Part shown: in pieces, positions 51,994 through 64,000 of the stretch
How positions within the stretch are numbered: the stretch's first letter is position 1
How the letters are laid out: each line of letters begins with the position of its first letter
Source: Amoeboaphelidium protococcarum X5
Lineage: Eukaryota > Fungi > Aphelidiomycota
Direction of reading: 5' to 3'
Assembly (NCBI GenBank): GCA_023515725.1
Contig: JALDTO010000154.1
Location: 186,001 to 250,000, forward strand
DNA: 64,000 nt
Translations under genes and position numbers: made by a program
Notes under the pieces: generated by a model
What the model was told of the DNA's origin: nothing
Databases searched by the model: none
What the model saw: only the letters and a program-made list of their open reading frames with translations

Positions 51994-52302
51994 TTAATAC
52001 TAGCTTGAACATAAAATGTATACTTCTATAGCACTTATTCCTCTACCATTGCCAGTAATGATTTTGTTATTTTACCTTCACACTTAGATATTGTTTTTGA
52101 GGAAGCAATTTATAATGCGAAGTCGCGCACCGCTAAGATTAGGCAATGTGCGCATCTACTACTTGATATGATAATAGATATTTGTGAGATGATTGCTTAT
52201 TTATTAGATTGTGTTGAAGAAGGCGGAAATAATGGGAATAGAAGCACAATTTACAAAAAACCAATAACCAAATCCATTAAACGTCAAGGCAAGCAGCCAA
52301 TT

Positions 52303-52851
52303 TCATCCCCACTTTTCGCAACGTTTATAATGATAGTAGCCTTGTAAAACCTAAAATGGTTCATAACCGCTCTTCTACAACCTCTCAATTTCTGTCAAAT
52401 CCTTATAGTGGCCATAACTCCTTTGCCATTCCAAACAGAGTGGTGCAGCTCCACCTATACGCGCGGATTCAACATTAGCGCGTGCAAAGTTCAGCAGTCG
52501 CTCCGCATCAGATATCATTTAATCGGCCTACATTTTAGCCTCTGCAGATTATTGCTTGACGCGGGCTAGCATTTCATTGGCTTGTTCAGTAATCTTCTAC
52601 TAGGCTTTTGTGGCCTCTGCGATAATCTATTCCGCTTACACACGCGCCTGATTCAAAATAACATCAGCTTTTCTAGAAGCCACCATTTTACTAAGCCAGC
52701 TGGAGGACTATTCGCGCGGGATATCGTGAGTGTTGTGTGATAGCTCTCCATGGGAAAGCAGAGGCTGCGTCTTTGTGTCATAAGTACCCGGAGCCAGAAC
52801 CACTGAAGCCGCAGACACGATAAAAACTACTGATACATTATTAATTTTCAT
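52303..52851 (-). CDS. Small putatively secreted coiled-coil protein, 182 aa
   Basis: Hydrophobic N-terminus VSVVFIVSAASVVLA; Ala-rich AxxIxxxA repeats; short C-terminal domain with two Cys. Confidence 0.65.
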
Positions 52852-53276
52852 ATTTTATAATCTAAATAACATTAAGAATATGACAGTCGATAGAACTGGA
52901 AAATCGATGAATTGTACCCCTTATGTATTCACCACGTTTTAGACGGAGAGTCAGACTGGACCGACCTTAAACATTACACGCATAGACTCTACCCCTTAAA
53001 TGTATTACAGCCGAGGGGTGGTATTCACTTCAGGACGCCAGCAGCCCGCGTTACAGATATAATGAAAGATGATAATGTCTACTGGTTGAAATAATTAGGA
53101 CTTATCTATCAGCCAGGAAGTCGCTATCAAAAATCAACCACTGTATGAGCATCAAATAGATTTATGAGTAAAGGGAAGACAACGATAATGTTGTCACATA
53201 CTATGAAGAGGGAAAGCGAGTGAGAGACAACATTCTAGAGTATTATAGTAGTGATAAGACAGTCACATTCAAAGAG

Positions 53277-53747
53277 TCAATTTATAGCAGCAACATTTGC
53301 GACTTTTAGCTACCTTAATAAATCTTATAGTTGCTAATCATTATTAACACCATGTGAGCTCTATTTCTATTATTGATAGAGAGACTACAATAACGACTCC
53401 ATTTCCATCAGAATATTTCGCAAATGTACACTTTGATCCATTTGTGCAATTTAATCGCGACACTGATTGAACTTTGTAACATATGCATCGACATCGCTCT
53501 TTAACGCCTCAATGAAGTCCATCCTGCTAATATCTTGAGACATCCGTGAGACTTATTCCTCCAACGTGTTTAACTCTTACCCGCATATCTAATCAGAGTG
53601 TTCATGGACAAAAGCGTCAATGTCCTTCTGCAAATGTATCAACTCAAATCTGCATGCACTCAAGTGGCGCTCCAGTTCATCGCTACTCATCTCTTATAGC
53701 TATTTCGATGCTTCCTCACTTGTAGCATTCTCATTATCTTTCACCAT
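53277..53747 (-). CDS. Hypothetical coiled-coil protein (156 aa), head-to-head with the truncated INTS11 copy; may be a longer frameshifted gene
   Basis: ATG 53747 to TGA 53277 in table 6; heptad-like pattern; its 5' part is repeated at 57576-57695. Confidence 0.5.
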
Positions 53748-54436
53748 CTTTATAAAATAAAAATCCTTGTAATTAATGATACCTTTGTTCTATCCCTCAC
53801 TTAAGCACAGCAGTCTATTGACTCTTCAGGCAACGGTCAAAGTTCAAAGAGGGAGAGAACTAACGAACGTGCGCGGTTGTTGCGAAGATTTCGCTGACAG
53901 TAATACTGTACGCACAATAAGATGAATGATTAGATTGTGATTACTCCGCTTGGAGCTGGTCAAGATGTCGGAAGATCGTGTATTTTGGTATCCATTGGCG
54001 ATAAGAACATTATGCTTGATTGCGGTATGCATATGGGCTACGATGACATTAGAAGGTATGTATTTATCTACAGGTTGTTTTGCTCTACTATCCAACGACT
54101 TTGAATCATATACTGATACCATGTAGATTTCCCGACTTTTCATACATTGCTCCAGATATAGACACGTAGTAGTTAAAGAGCGGGTAGAGAGTTGTGAGTA
54201 GAGATTTGACAGCGATGATCGATGCGGTGCTGGTAAGCCATTTTCATTTGGATCACTGTGGCGCTTTGCCGTACATGACAGAGATGTGTGGATATGATGG
54301 CCCAGTTTATATGACTGCACCAACACGTGCAATAATTCCCATGCTTTTGGACGATTTTAGGCGAATATCTGCAGATAAAATTGCCAAGTCTAACGATACT
54401 AATAATAATAATACAAAAGATGCAATGTTCGCAACT
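53628..54436 (+). repeat. Copy 1 of ~0.8-kb direct duplication (copy 2 at 57576-58401)
   Basis: Collinear near-identical sequence with scattered substitutions and a 15-bp deletion at its 3' end. Confidence 0.95.
53922..54436 (+). pseudogene. Truncated 5' copy of INTS11
   Basis: [13 protein letters not shown] and [11 protein letters not shown] with the same intron; homology stops at 54436. Confidence 0.9.
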
Positions 54437-55940
54437 CAATGCTGCAGCGTTCGTATGTCGAAAAATAACGAGTTTCTTGAAAACACCGGTGACGCCAATA
54501 AGGCCACTTGAATTAAGGACTCAAATAGTTTATTGTGGATGTCCTAAAGATAAAAATTTTGGCATATGTCCGTCTGTTGAATGATATTTAATTTTAGACT
54601 AAGGTTCTTAACCTCCAACTAGACAGCAATTTGAAGTCATCGGACAAAGATATTAGTGTTATTGCTGTGCAACCTATAAATTAAAAGTTCTATGAACGCA
54701 ATGGCCGTCAAGAGCTGTCTCAATGTATACTGAATTATGTGAGAACTGCGTTTGATGATTGAAAAGTTATCCCCTCTATTCATAAAATTCTTTAAATTGA
54801 TTCTTAACGCGGAAGTGGGCACTGATCAAGATTGTTCGAATTTTGACTGCTATTACGACATTATTACGAAGACTCGGATGAAGACAGCTTCTACAACTCG
54901 GATGTCGATAATAGGTTGCTATTGGAAGACATTAGCAACAATGATAGTAATTTCTGTGCATCTCTTACTCCATGGAGGTAGATAGAAACTGGCGATGATC
55001 CCGACGTGCCTTTTTGGACTACTCGGCAGTCATTGAGAACGTATAACTTACGTATAACTTAAATTCAAAGTAAAGGCTAATGATGTTAATCCGTCTGGCA
55101 AAAAGTACACGACTAAGGAATTGAACGATTTAAGGGCGAGACACAAAGAAGATTAAAGGAGGGATGGTCCACCTACCATTGAGAAATATGAACCTTTTTA
55201 ATTCACTGGTGTTGGATTTTTTTAATTGAAGAATGTAGTGCTGTTAAGTTTGGTATTTAACCTCAATGAGAATGGGAAGATTGTTAATCAAGATCTGTGT
55301 CACCATCAGTGATCAGCCTACCTTTAGAGACTTCTGTAACTGCATTGTTACACTATTCAGATTGCGTAGAAAAGCACAACTCAAATTCCAACAAGTGGTC
55401 CCTAGCCTGGTCCTAATGGCGTTCAATATACGCCTTTGACGTCGATCTTAACAGATGAAATGGTGTAGGAGGTTGTGGACGCGACCACTGAGTATATCGC
55501 GTCTGATAGATGAAGAAAGTCCCTTGAACTGTCGCTTGCTTTTGGAGTTGGTTCGTTTTTTGTCTACTTCTCACTATTTTTAATGTTGCTAATATGGATT
55601 CTGGTTGGTAAGAGGATTTTATACTCCACATCCCTACATAGGGCTAGTTGACTTAATCAGTGGGGTCATTCACATCGTCTCTGACTAGCATAAAGAAGAA
55701 AATGATTGTCTATGGAAGTTTCGCCGTTTTAAATAAATGTTCACTCTATACTTAAACATGTTAATGCGATAAAAAACGAAAATTTTCTTACAATTTGATA
55801 GCAAGGCGCTTACGTTGAAACACTGTTAAACATCATCAAAGAGAGGCGTCCACACAAAATCACGGAATAAAAGTCTATTTCACTACATAAAAACCCAATG
55901 GGAAAATTTTCGTTACTAGACTTTTGCAACCTCCATTTGC

Positions 55941-56651
55941 TCATCCACCTTACGCCAGTCTTCTCAAGGAAGCAAGAACTTATTTCCTGTCTGGAGAGTC
56001 TTTCAGATCCAAAGAAGCAAACTGCCTCTCAATTTCCAACAACTCAATAGCAGTAGTATTACTGTGCTCATCTTCAGTAACAGTCGAAGTCTTCTCAATC
56101 GGTCGCGGTGAAGCAGATTCTTCAATCAGAGTTTTCTTCTTTCGGCTGTTCTTTGCTTTAGCCTTCCCGACATCAGCTACATCTTTGTCTGCGCTAATGT
56201 CATCTTTCTCGCAAGCTTAATTTTTCGCGTAAAAATCAATGTAACGAACTTGGCGCCAACCGTGTATCTCTCCAATAATTTAGTAATTCTTTTTAGAATT
56301 TTCAAATGTACGCGTTTTGATTTTGAGGTTATAGCCAGTCTTGTTTATAACAACTCCGTAAATATCAACTCGCAGTTTCTGAACGTTGCCAATCGTATTA
56401 AAGACTTCATTACTTTGACTGGCGAGACGAACAAGTATCACTGGAAAGAAATTAGACAAATTATGTGCTACAGGCTCGTTGAGATTATAATTTGTTGCAT
56501 GAGTAGAGACAGATTGCAGAGTTTCGAGGAGTCTATTTTTATTGAGTTGATTTTCTTCAGATCGCACCAGACGATTGCTTATGCGAGCCTACTGAATGAC
56601 AATATCCAAATCATTTTCAATTGTAATTGTCAAAGCGTAATCGATCTCCAT
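55941..56651 (-). CDS. Hypothetical 236-aa ORF inside the 3.1-kb insert
   Basis: ATG 56651 to TGA 55941 in table 6; basic/acidic C-terminal half; no family recognised. Confidence 0.4.
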
Positions 56652-57870
56652 ATCTATTAAGTGGTTGTTGTACGGTACAAGCAAACGAAAAAGATGCATG
56701 ATTGAAATGTTGTTGATCTTATCTTATCTCTCAACTAAAAATAGCCCGTTGCCGTATAAACTGCATAGTTACGGTAGCAGCAACGTTCAGTGGCGTAATT
56801 ACCTAACGTTCAAGTACGCGCCAGCGTCCAAAAAATTATCAAGAAAAGACATAGCCGTGATGAAAAGATAGGGAATACAGCGGCTGATACGCTTAGCAAT
56901 TCAAAAATAATCTGAGATCTTCTAAAATAAGCATATCAACTATATAGTCAAAAGCGGATAAATCAAGAAGAAGAGAAACTATTACAATTGCAGCCTTTTT
57001 ACCAGATTGCAATCTCCCCAATAGCATAATCCATCTTCAGCAACTTCTCATTTAATTATCATATGCAGACTATCTAATCGAGCCTTTCTTGTTGAATTAG
57101 AAATACGCCACAAAGCACTTATCGCATCGTTGTGTTTCACAAAGCATACTGCAGTAACAGCCTTTGTATGTCAAAGTGGGATGAGATGGCTCATTTGATA
57201 ACAAAAGATCCCATCTTCCGTATTCCCTTTTCGGCTGATATAGAAGGGGCTCGCGCGCAACCCGGAATTGATGTATATTTCTTTTCCAACATTCTCATTT
57301 GTTTCTTGCACTTCACGTTTTCCAATCAATACAGAGCTTGTGCAAGAAGAATTAAGTTTCACTCAACCCGTCGTAGTCTGGATTTACAGTATTATGCTGG
57401 GGTTTTGCTTAAACATCGATAAGTCTCTATGGACTGAACGTACGGTAGTTGAAACAACAGCTGCGTGATCATGAGCAAAAAAGAGGCGAGCGAAAGCGAA
57501 CAGCATTTTTACGAAAAAAATATTAGCACTACTTCTCCCAGCGTACTTCAATTAAAATGCTAGTTACGACACTGACTGCAAATGTATCAACTCAAATCTG
57601 CATGCACTTAAGTGGCGCTCCAATTCATCGCTGCTCATTTCTTATAGCTATTTCGATGCTTCCTCACTTGTAGCATTCTCATTATCTTTCACCATCTTTA
57701 TAAAATAGAAATCCTTGTAATTAATGATACCTTTGTTCTTTCCCTCACTTAAGCACAGCAGTCTCTTGACTTTTAAGGCAACGGTCAAACTTTCAAAGAG
57801 GGAGAGAACGAACGAACGAGCGCGACTGTTGCGAAGATTCCTCTGACAGTAATACTGTACGCACAATAAG

Positions 57871-59588
57871 ATGAATGATCAGATAGAAATCACTCCGCTT
57901 GGAGCTGGTCAAGATGTCGGAAGATCGTGTATTTTGGTATCCATTGGGGATAAAAACATTATGCTTGATTGCGGTATGCACATGGGCTACGATGACATTA
58001 GAAGGTATGTATTTATCTACAGGTTGTTTTGCTCTACTATCCAACGACTTTGAATCATAAACTGATACCATGTAGATTTCCCGACTTTTCATACATTGCT
58101 CCAGATATAGACACGTAGTAGTTAAAGAGCGGGTAGAGAGTTGTGAGTAGAGATTTGACAGCGATGATCGATGCGGTGCTGATCAGCCATTTTCATTTGG
58201 ATCACTGTGGCGCTTTGCCGTACATGACAGAGATGTGTGGATATGATGGCCCAGTTTATATGACTGCACCAACACGTGCAATAATTCCCATGCTTTTGGA
58301 CGATTTTAGGCGAATATCTGCAGATAAAATTGCCAAGTCTAACGATACTAATAATAATAATACAAAAGATGCAATGTTCACACCCGCTGATGTTCGCAAC
58401 TGTATGCTCAAAGTAAAGACAATGACCTGTAATCAGACAATCACCGTCGCTGGTGTGGACATTACTGCATTCTATGCCGGTCATGTTCTGGGAGCTGTCA
58501 TGTTTCATCTGTCCTATAATGGAATGTCTGTTCTATATACGGGCGATTATAACACTACTCCCGACCGACATCTTGGTGCAGCTTTCATTCCATCAATGTA
58601 CTAGCCGCTGTGTGTTGATGTGCTGATCACTGAATCCACATATGCCACCACAGTTCGTAATTCAAAGCGGGAACGTGAGCGGGACTTCCTGAATAAGATT
58701 TATGAATGTGTCAAAAGAGGAGGTAAGGTGTTGATTCCAACGTTTGCGATTGGACGTGCACAGGAGCTATGTGTCCTTGTGGAGGAGTTTTGGGCCAAGA
58801 TGGGTCTAACTTATCCTGTGTACTATAGTACAGGTATGACGGCGCGGTCAATGATATACTATCAAATGTACTCTAATTGGACACACTCTAATTTGAGTAT
58901 GAATTTCGGTGTGGACAAGTTTGATTTCAAGTATATTAAGCAGTTTCCTGGTATTCAGGCTGCAGATGATCACGGGCCTGCTATTTTATTCGCATCTCCT
59001 GGTATGTTGCATGCTGGATTCTCGCTGGAGGTGTTCAAAAAATGGGCTCCAAATCCTGATAACATGATCATTATGCCTGGGTATTGTGTGCCCGGAACTG
59101 TAGGAGCTAGAATCCTGAGAGGCGAAAAATAGATTGAACTGGATGGTCAGATCACGGAAGTCAAGTGTTAGATTAAGCACATGTCGTTTAGTGCCCATGC
59201 AGATGCCAGAGGTATAAAGCAGCTGATTAGGAACACACGGCCTAATCATGTTGTACTTGTTCACGGTGAAGCGGACAAGATGAGCCGGTTGAGTGATGAG
59301 CTTAAACGAGACTTTGGCTTATAGTGCCACTTTCCATGTAATGGCGAGTCTCTATACTTGGAGCGTATTCCACGCGTTGAAGTGTCCTTAAGTAAGAGAT
59401 TACTGTAGAGTGCATATGGTCAGGCTAATGTTATCAACGCTGCACCCAATCTAGATCAAGAGCCGCCTGCTTCTCTTTTGTGTACTGATAAATTGCCGTT
59501 CTCAGGGTGTATCGTTGTGGATTCGCAAGGTGATGGCAAGTCAAAGAAGATAAGGATCGTGCATGAGACTGAGCTGTAAGAAATATGA
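57871..59588 (+). CDS. INTS11: Integrator endonuclease subunit INTS11/CPSF3L (MBL/beta-CASP); intron 58005-58075
   Basis: [79 protein letters not shown]. Confidence 0.92.
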
Positions 59589-59787
59589 CTTTGACATAAT
59601 ACATTATCTTTTTACTATACTATTCGCATGTATAATTAATCGTCTGCACCTGATTGTAACTTCCCGCCCAGAATTCGTGCCGCGTCATTTGCCAAATCGC
59701 AGAAAATTCTCTTTTATTGCACAATATAGCTTTGTGCGTATCGTAATTTCTGTAAATTACTAAACTACTCTTTAGTTATAATACCTA

Positions 59788-60915
59788 ATGTAACTCTAAA
59801 AGCTACCAAGCACGCACTTGTCAGTTATTCCCAAAGCAGTGAGTATTCAAGAAGTAAAGATTCAGCTGGATCGGGCTATTCATGAGGCTCAGAGGTCGTT
59901 AAGCGACAAGTACGATGAAGTGGCCATTTTCTGTTGCCGCTGGAAGACAGATGATACTGGAAGTGATCAAGATTGCAAGCTGTTCAGCGATACGATGTCT
60001 TCACTATTTTAGACGTGTAAAGCTTAATGTATATACAGCATCTAGGAGGACGACGAAGATTATGAAGATTGGTTGACAGCATGCAACGAGACCAGGATGT
60101 AATTGGATAAGTAGAAGCGAACATTGTTCATTTTCTTTTATTCCGGGCATGCTACCGAGTCTTCTACGTCATCCTCCCTTATTCTGACTGCTAGATTTGA
60201 AGACGCAAAAGACGATGGCATTTGCAAGACGCAGAGGGATTTTACAATCTTAAATGATGCATTGATGCGTGCTTCTCGCGCGAATCCTCTGCTGGATGTC
60301 CTCATGGTTGTTGATTCATGCTGTGCAGCAGTCGGTGGACGAGGAAATATTGTAAAGAGTGGAAGAATTGAGTTCATTGCTGCTACGACTGAAACTGGAA
60401 TTTCGACGAATACCAGAGATGATGGGTAGACATTTACGCAGGCGTTTTGTAAAGCGGTGAAGGAACTTTCTGCCAGTAGGGGAGATTACACCACGGATGA
60501 TATTGTGGCAAAGTTTAACGATGAACGTGTGTTGTTGGCCTAGTACCCGCGCTTATTTGTTTAGCATCAAGGCAAGGGCCTACCGATTTCATTCTCAAAG
60601 GCTATAAATGATGCGGTTTTCTTCCCCTCAGTAAAGAAGCCAACCTAATTGCCAGTTGTGTTGGTAGCGTTGCACCTTGCTGAAAGTCCGAGTGATGATG
60701 CTGTCAGCAGTCTCACCGATTGGTTAGTGGCAAGAAGTAATATTCCTATTTCAGTTCTTGCTGCTTTGCCTGTTAATTCCACCCTGCTGTTGATCGAGTT
60801 ACCCGAGTTGTTATTAGATTTTCTCCACTTAAATAAGTAATGTTATGTGACTTTGTGGCCGCTGGCAAGGAATTTGGTGGTTGATCGAAACAATTTGCAC
60901 ACTGTGTTGCTGTGA
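59788..60915 (+). CDS. Caspase-fold (clan CD, C14-like) peptidase-domain protein, 375 aa
   Basis: LFIFFYSGHA and VLMVVDSCCAA give a His/Cys dyad; then IEFIAAT and TFTQAF. Confidence 0.72.
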
Positions 60916-61843
60916 ATGAAAACTGCCGTGTACGGATCTCTTGACTCAATGGAGGTCATATTGCGCAATTGGTTTGCAAATGAAATTCTTTGGATCAGTT
61001 TAGAGAGGAGGTAAGAGGTCCAGGAAACGCGGTGTAGGAGCTTCGTAAGCAATGGTTGAATCTCACGCAGCTGCCCAGTCTGGTTGAAGTGTCTTTCAAT
61101 TATGTATCTCAAAGTTTGAAATGGAAGTTTGGCTATGCTGGTAGCAGTTAGTGAGTTCTTGTCAGTCAGCATAAACAGCTTGGACACTAAGTGCATTGTA
61201 TTGCGATTGAATGTCAGGTTAACCACAGATTCATCTTTGTACACATTAACACCAGTGGAAACATCGAAGGCGTCATTGCTGTAGTAACAACACAGGTGTG
61301 GTGATAATGGTAATGTAGGCAACTAGCCAAGCAGCACATTACTTTTACGGTTGATTGGAGCCTTAAAAATGTCGTTCGCACACAATGAGCTTGCGTGGAT
61401 TGCTTTCATCTATGCTGCAGGTCTGCCAGTCAAACTGCCAGAGAGGGCTTCATTCTCAAACAAAGCCACTGTCCTGCAGGAACATCGTAGAACAAGGCTA
61501 GAAGGCTGCATCACAGGCTCGGTTAATTGCAGCCGGCATCTTTAGAGCTCCATGGTACTCACCTCAGGTTCGGCCATGCAATCACGCCAATTGATCCCGC
61601 AAGAATATATTGAACTTAAAGTCTTCGCATTTCAAAAGTATGATCAGAACCCGTATAATATGTACTTGTTTTAAAACCCATCCATCTTCCTAGTTCTCTG
61701 ATTTGATTTATAGGTATCCAACTGGTATGTGCGTTGTAGTGCTATATATAAACATTTTGATCACATAGCGACACATAATTATATGACTTGATTTTCATCA
61801 TTGATTAATACTTTTATAATTTAAAGCAGAAAAATATATAAGT

Positions 61844-63475
61844 ATGCCTTCCATATTACACTAGTATTCGTAGTAGATGACTAGCGCTCTTTAGAAGCTC
61901 ACCCTTTTAGCTTCAGGGACGCGAACTTCTGCAGATCATCAGCAAGAATCTGATCTTATCGCAAAAAGTTTAAACAGTCTTTCCAGGTCTCGGTATTAAT
62001 CTAATGTTTCAAGTGCGAATAATAATAATCTCGTGAGTAGTAGCTCATACTGGCAAGCTCCAGATGACGATGATGATTAAAGTGAGATATCAATCAGTGA
62101 TTTGCTTCGGTCTAGAAAGCGAGGCCAAGTTCAGGGCCATAGTATATCTAAAAATGCGGAATATCGAAGGATTATTAGTGATGCTTATTCAGAGTCACTG
62201 TAGGAGAGAAAGTTGGAAAATGTCATGAGCACTAAATGCGACAAGATATTCGCCTCACATTGGATTAATGACAGTCATATAGTGATTGGAACAAAATGCA
62301 GCAAGCTCATTGTAATAAATACACTGGACTGCCTGCAGACGCCAATCTAAATTGATTTAATCTCCAATAACAAAGATCCGATGCGCCGTCTATCTCGACC
62401 TGATGATACTTTTGCCTTAATTAGTAGTGGTATAAGAACGATTAGTCTCGATCCAAGCAGAAGATTTCTACTAGCCAGTGGTAGTGACCCGAAAGACATT
62501 GCATTATACTCGGCCGTGACATTGGAACCACTGTGTCTCTTTGGTACTAATCAGTAAAAGTCTGGTCATAACGATGTTATATTTGGCAGCTGTTTCGTCA
62601 GCGATAAGCACTTTATAACATGTGGGAGAGATTAGAAAATTGCATTATGCCGAATTTCAGATTACATTTACTAAAGTCAAAATCAAAGTGGCACTGCTGC
62701 TGATGATTGTGGCGACAACACTAGTAGTTTATCGCGACGATTCAGTTATCCTGTTGTTGCACCTGAAAAGCTGTATCTTGCACACAATGACAAGGTGAGA
62801 GATATAAAGTATGATCGTTGGAATCAGTAGTTCATGACTCTATCCACGGACGCGTCAGTCAAGCTGTGGGATGTTGACACAATGAAATGTATTTCACGGT
62901 CGCCTCTTGTTCACTCTCAGGAAACTGTATGTCTCTCCGTCACCAAAACCATAGTTGATCATTAACACTTGGACAGTGTGAATCAAGATAATACTCAATA
63001 GAAATTTTATGCTCGCCAGTCTGGTAAGAGATACACCAAGTCTCAATAAAATAGCTCTTATCCGAGTATATTATATGCAGTAGGATCTCAATCCCATGTA
63101 TCATTTATCGATACGCGATGCGCTGATGGAGTGATCAAGATGGTGGAGTCGCGTGATAACAATTACGGTGTACGATCACTCACATGGACACCAGACAACA
63201 ATATCCTATTAGTTGGCGGCGGTTGTGGTAGAATATCGTTGTATGATATGAGAGGTGGCAAGTTTTAGTAATGCGGTGACAATGGCGGAGAATATTTTCA
63301 GACCGGTAGCGGTTATCTGGAATAGAATAGAATCTATCATCAGCACTTTTCCGGTTAGAGTATACCGAACGCTGTATACACTATGGAATTTGATCCCTCG
63401 GGAAGTCAGTTATTTTGCGGAGGCGGGCCTTTACAATGCGGTCTAGTTGGAAATTACGCGTCATTATGGTAATGA
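61844..63475 (+). CDS. DCAF12: DCAF12/WDR40-like WD40 protein, 543 aa
   Basis: DKIFASHW...IGTKC, YAVGSQSHVSFID, GVRSL, GGPLQCGLVGNYASLW. Confidence 0.87.
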
Positions 63476-63598
63476 CGGGTGACAAGTAGTTGCCAGTAGT
63501 AAAGGCAAAGAAATCGCTTAAGACATGTCAAATCAAAAATAAAATTTTCATTTCCATATGTATTGAAATTAAAATCTTCACCCAAAATTATATCGATT

Positions 63599-64000
63599 TC
63601 AAATCTTCAAACTAGACACGTACTAAGGTCTTCTGATCTTTCCAGCTAGTATCATAATAATTATGAATACTACTAGGGGAATCACAAACATGGCAATGAG
63701 TAGCGCTGCAGGATCCAGCCCATGTCCTGCAATAGTTTACAAATGTCCAGATGCTCCATTGACACAATTGCATGAACTAATGACCTTATTATACTCGGCG
63801 CCCATAAAGTCAGGCATCAGAAAGTAATTACGCGGACGACATACACCAATATCCCAATCCAAGCCCAAATCCTAGCAAAAGTCACTGCAAGCCTGTTCAC
63901 TCTTCTAACACTGAACACCAACGTTGTACTCCAAGCGCGTCCCATTAGACAAAAATCCCTAAGACACAAAACCAGCCAGAAAGTCCTCAGGCTGAAGATA
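63599..64000 (-). CDS. 3' part of a Cys-containing single-pass membrane protein; starts beyond the window
   Basis: Open frame from the window edge to TGA 63599; several Cys, then a TM segment and a short basic tail. Confidence 0.6.

Noticed and set aside
60843-61577. Minus-strand 159-aa ORF and its upstream extension
   Set aside because: No recognisable motif, overlaps the 3' end of the caspase-like gene, and long open frames arise easily with one stop codon.
1-64000. Mass pseudogenisation or poor sequence quality as the cause of fragmented ORFs
   Set aside because: Interruptions are TAA/TAG at Gln-compatible sites, with no frameshifts in conserved genes.

Overview
Gene-dense eukaryotic genomic DNA in which TAA and TAG encode Gln and only TGA stops (NCBI table 6). 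The supplied standard-code ORF track is therefore fragmented. Re-read in table 6, the window holds about 25 compact genes with few, short introns: PAPS transporter, RRP4, spermidine synthase, MED7-like, ILK, SS18-like, Ac45/Voa1-like, NDUFA9, a beta-propeller receptor kinase, Iks1, a Whi3/Scw1-type RRM protein, CCDC86/Cgr1, AP mu subunit, ERCC1, an 11.5-kb single-exon Tra1/TRRAP, Itc1, INTS11, a caspase-fold protein and DCAF12. The mix of fungal-type genes with genes lost from Dikarya, plus this code, points by inference to an aphelid such as Amoeboaphelidium protococcarum. Three accessory regions stand out. (1) An apparently intact L1/Tx1-type LINE at about 10.8-16.3 kb. (2) A ~6-kb island at 29.3-35.0 kb with an intact 696-aa Fanzor1-type RNA-guided nuclease gene and a candidate omegaRNA, back-to-back with a decayed second Fanzor, a palindrome-rich tandem array, a hAT MITE and an OB-fold-like remnant. 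(3) An ~0.8-kb diverged direct duplication of the INTS11 5' end flanking a 3.1-kb insert. All translations and family calls were made by eye; no searches were run.
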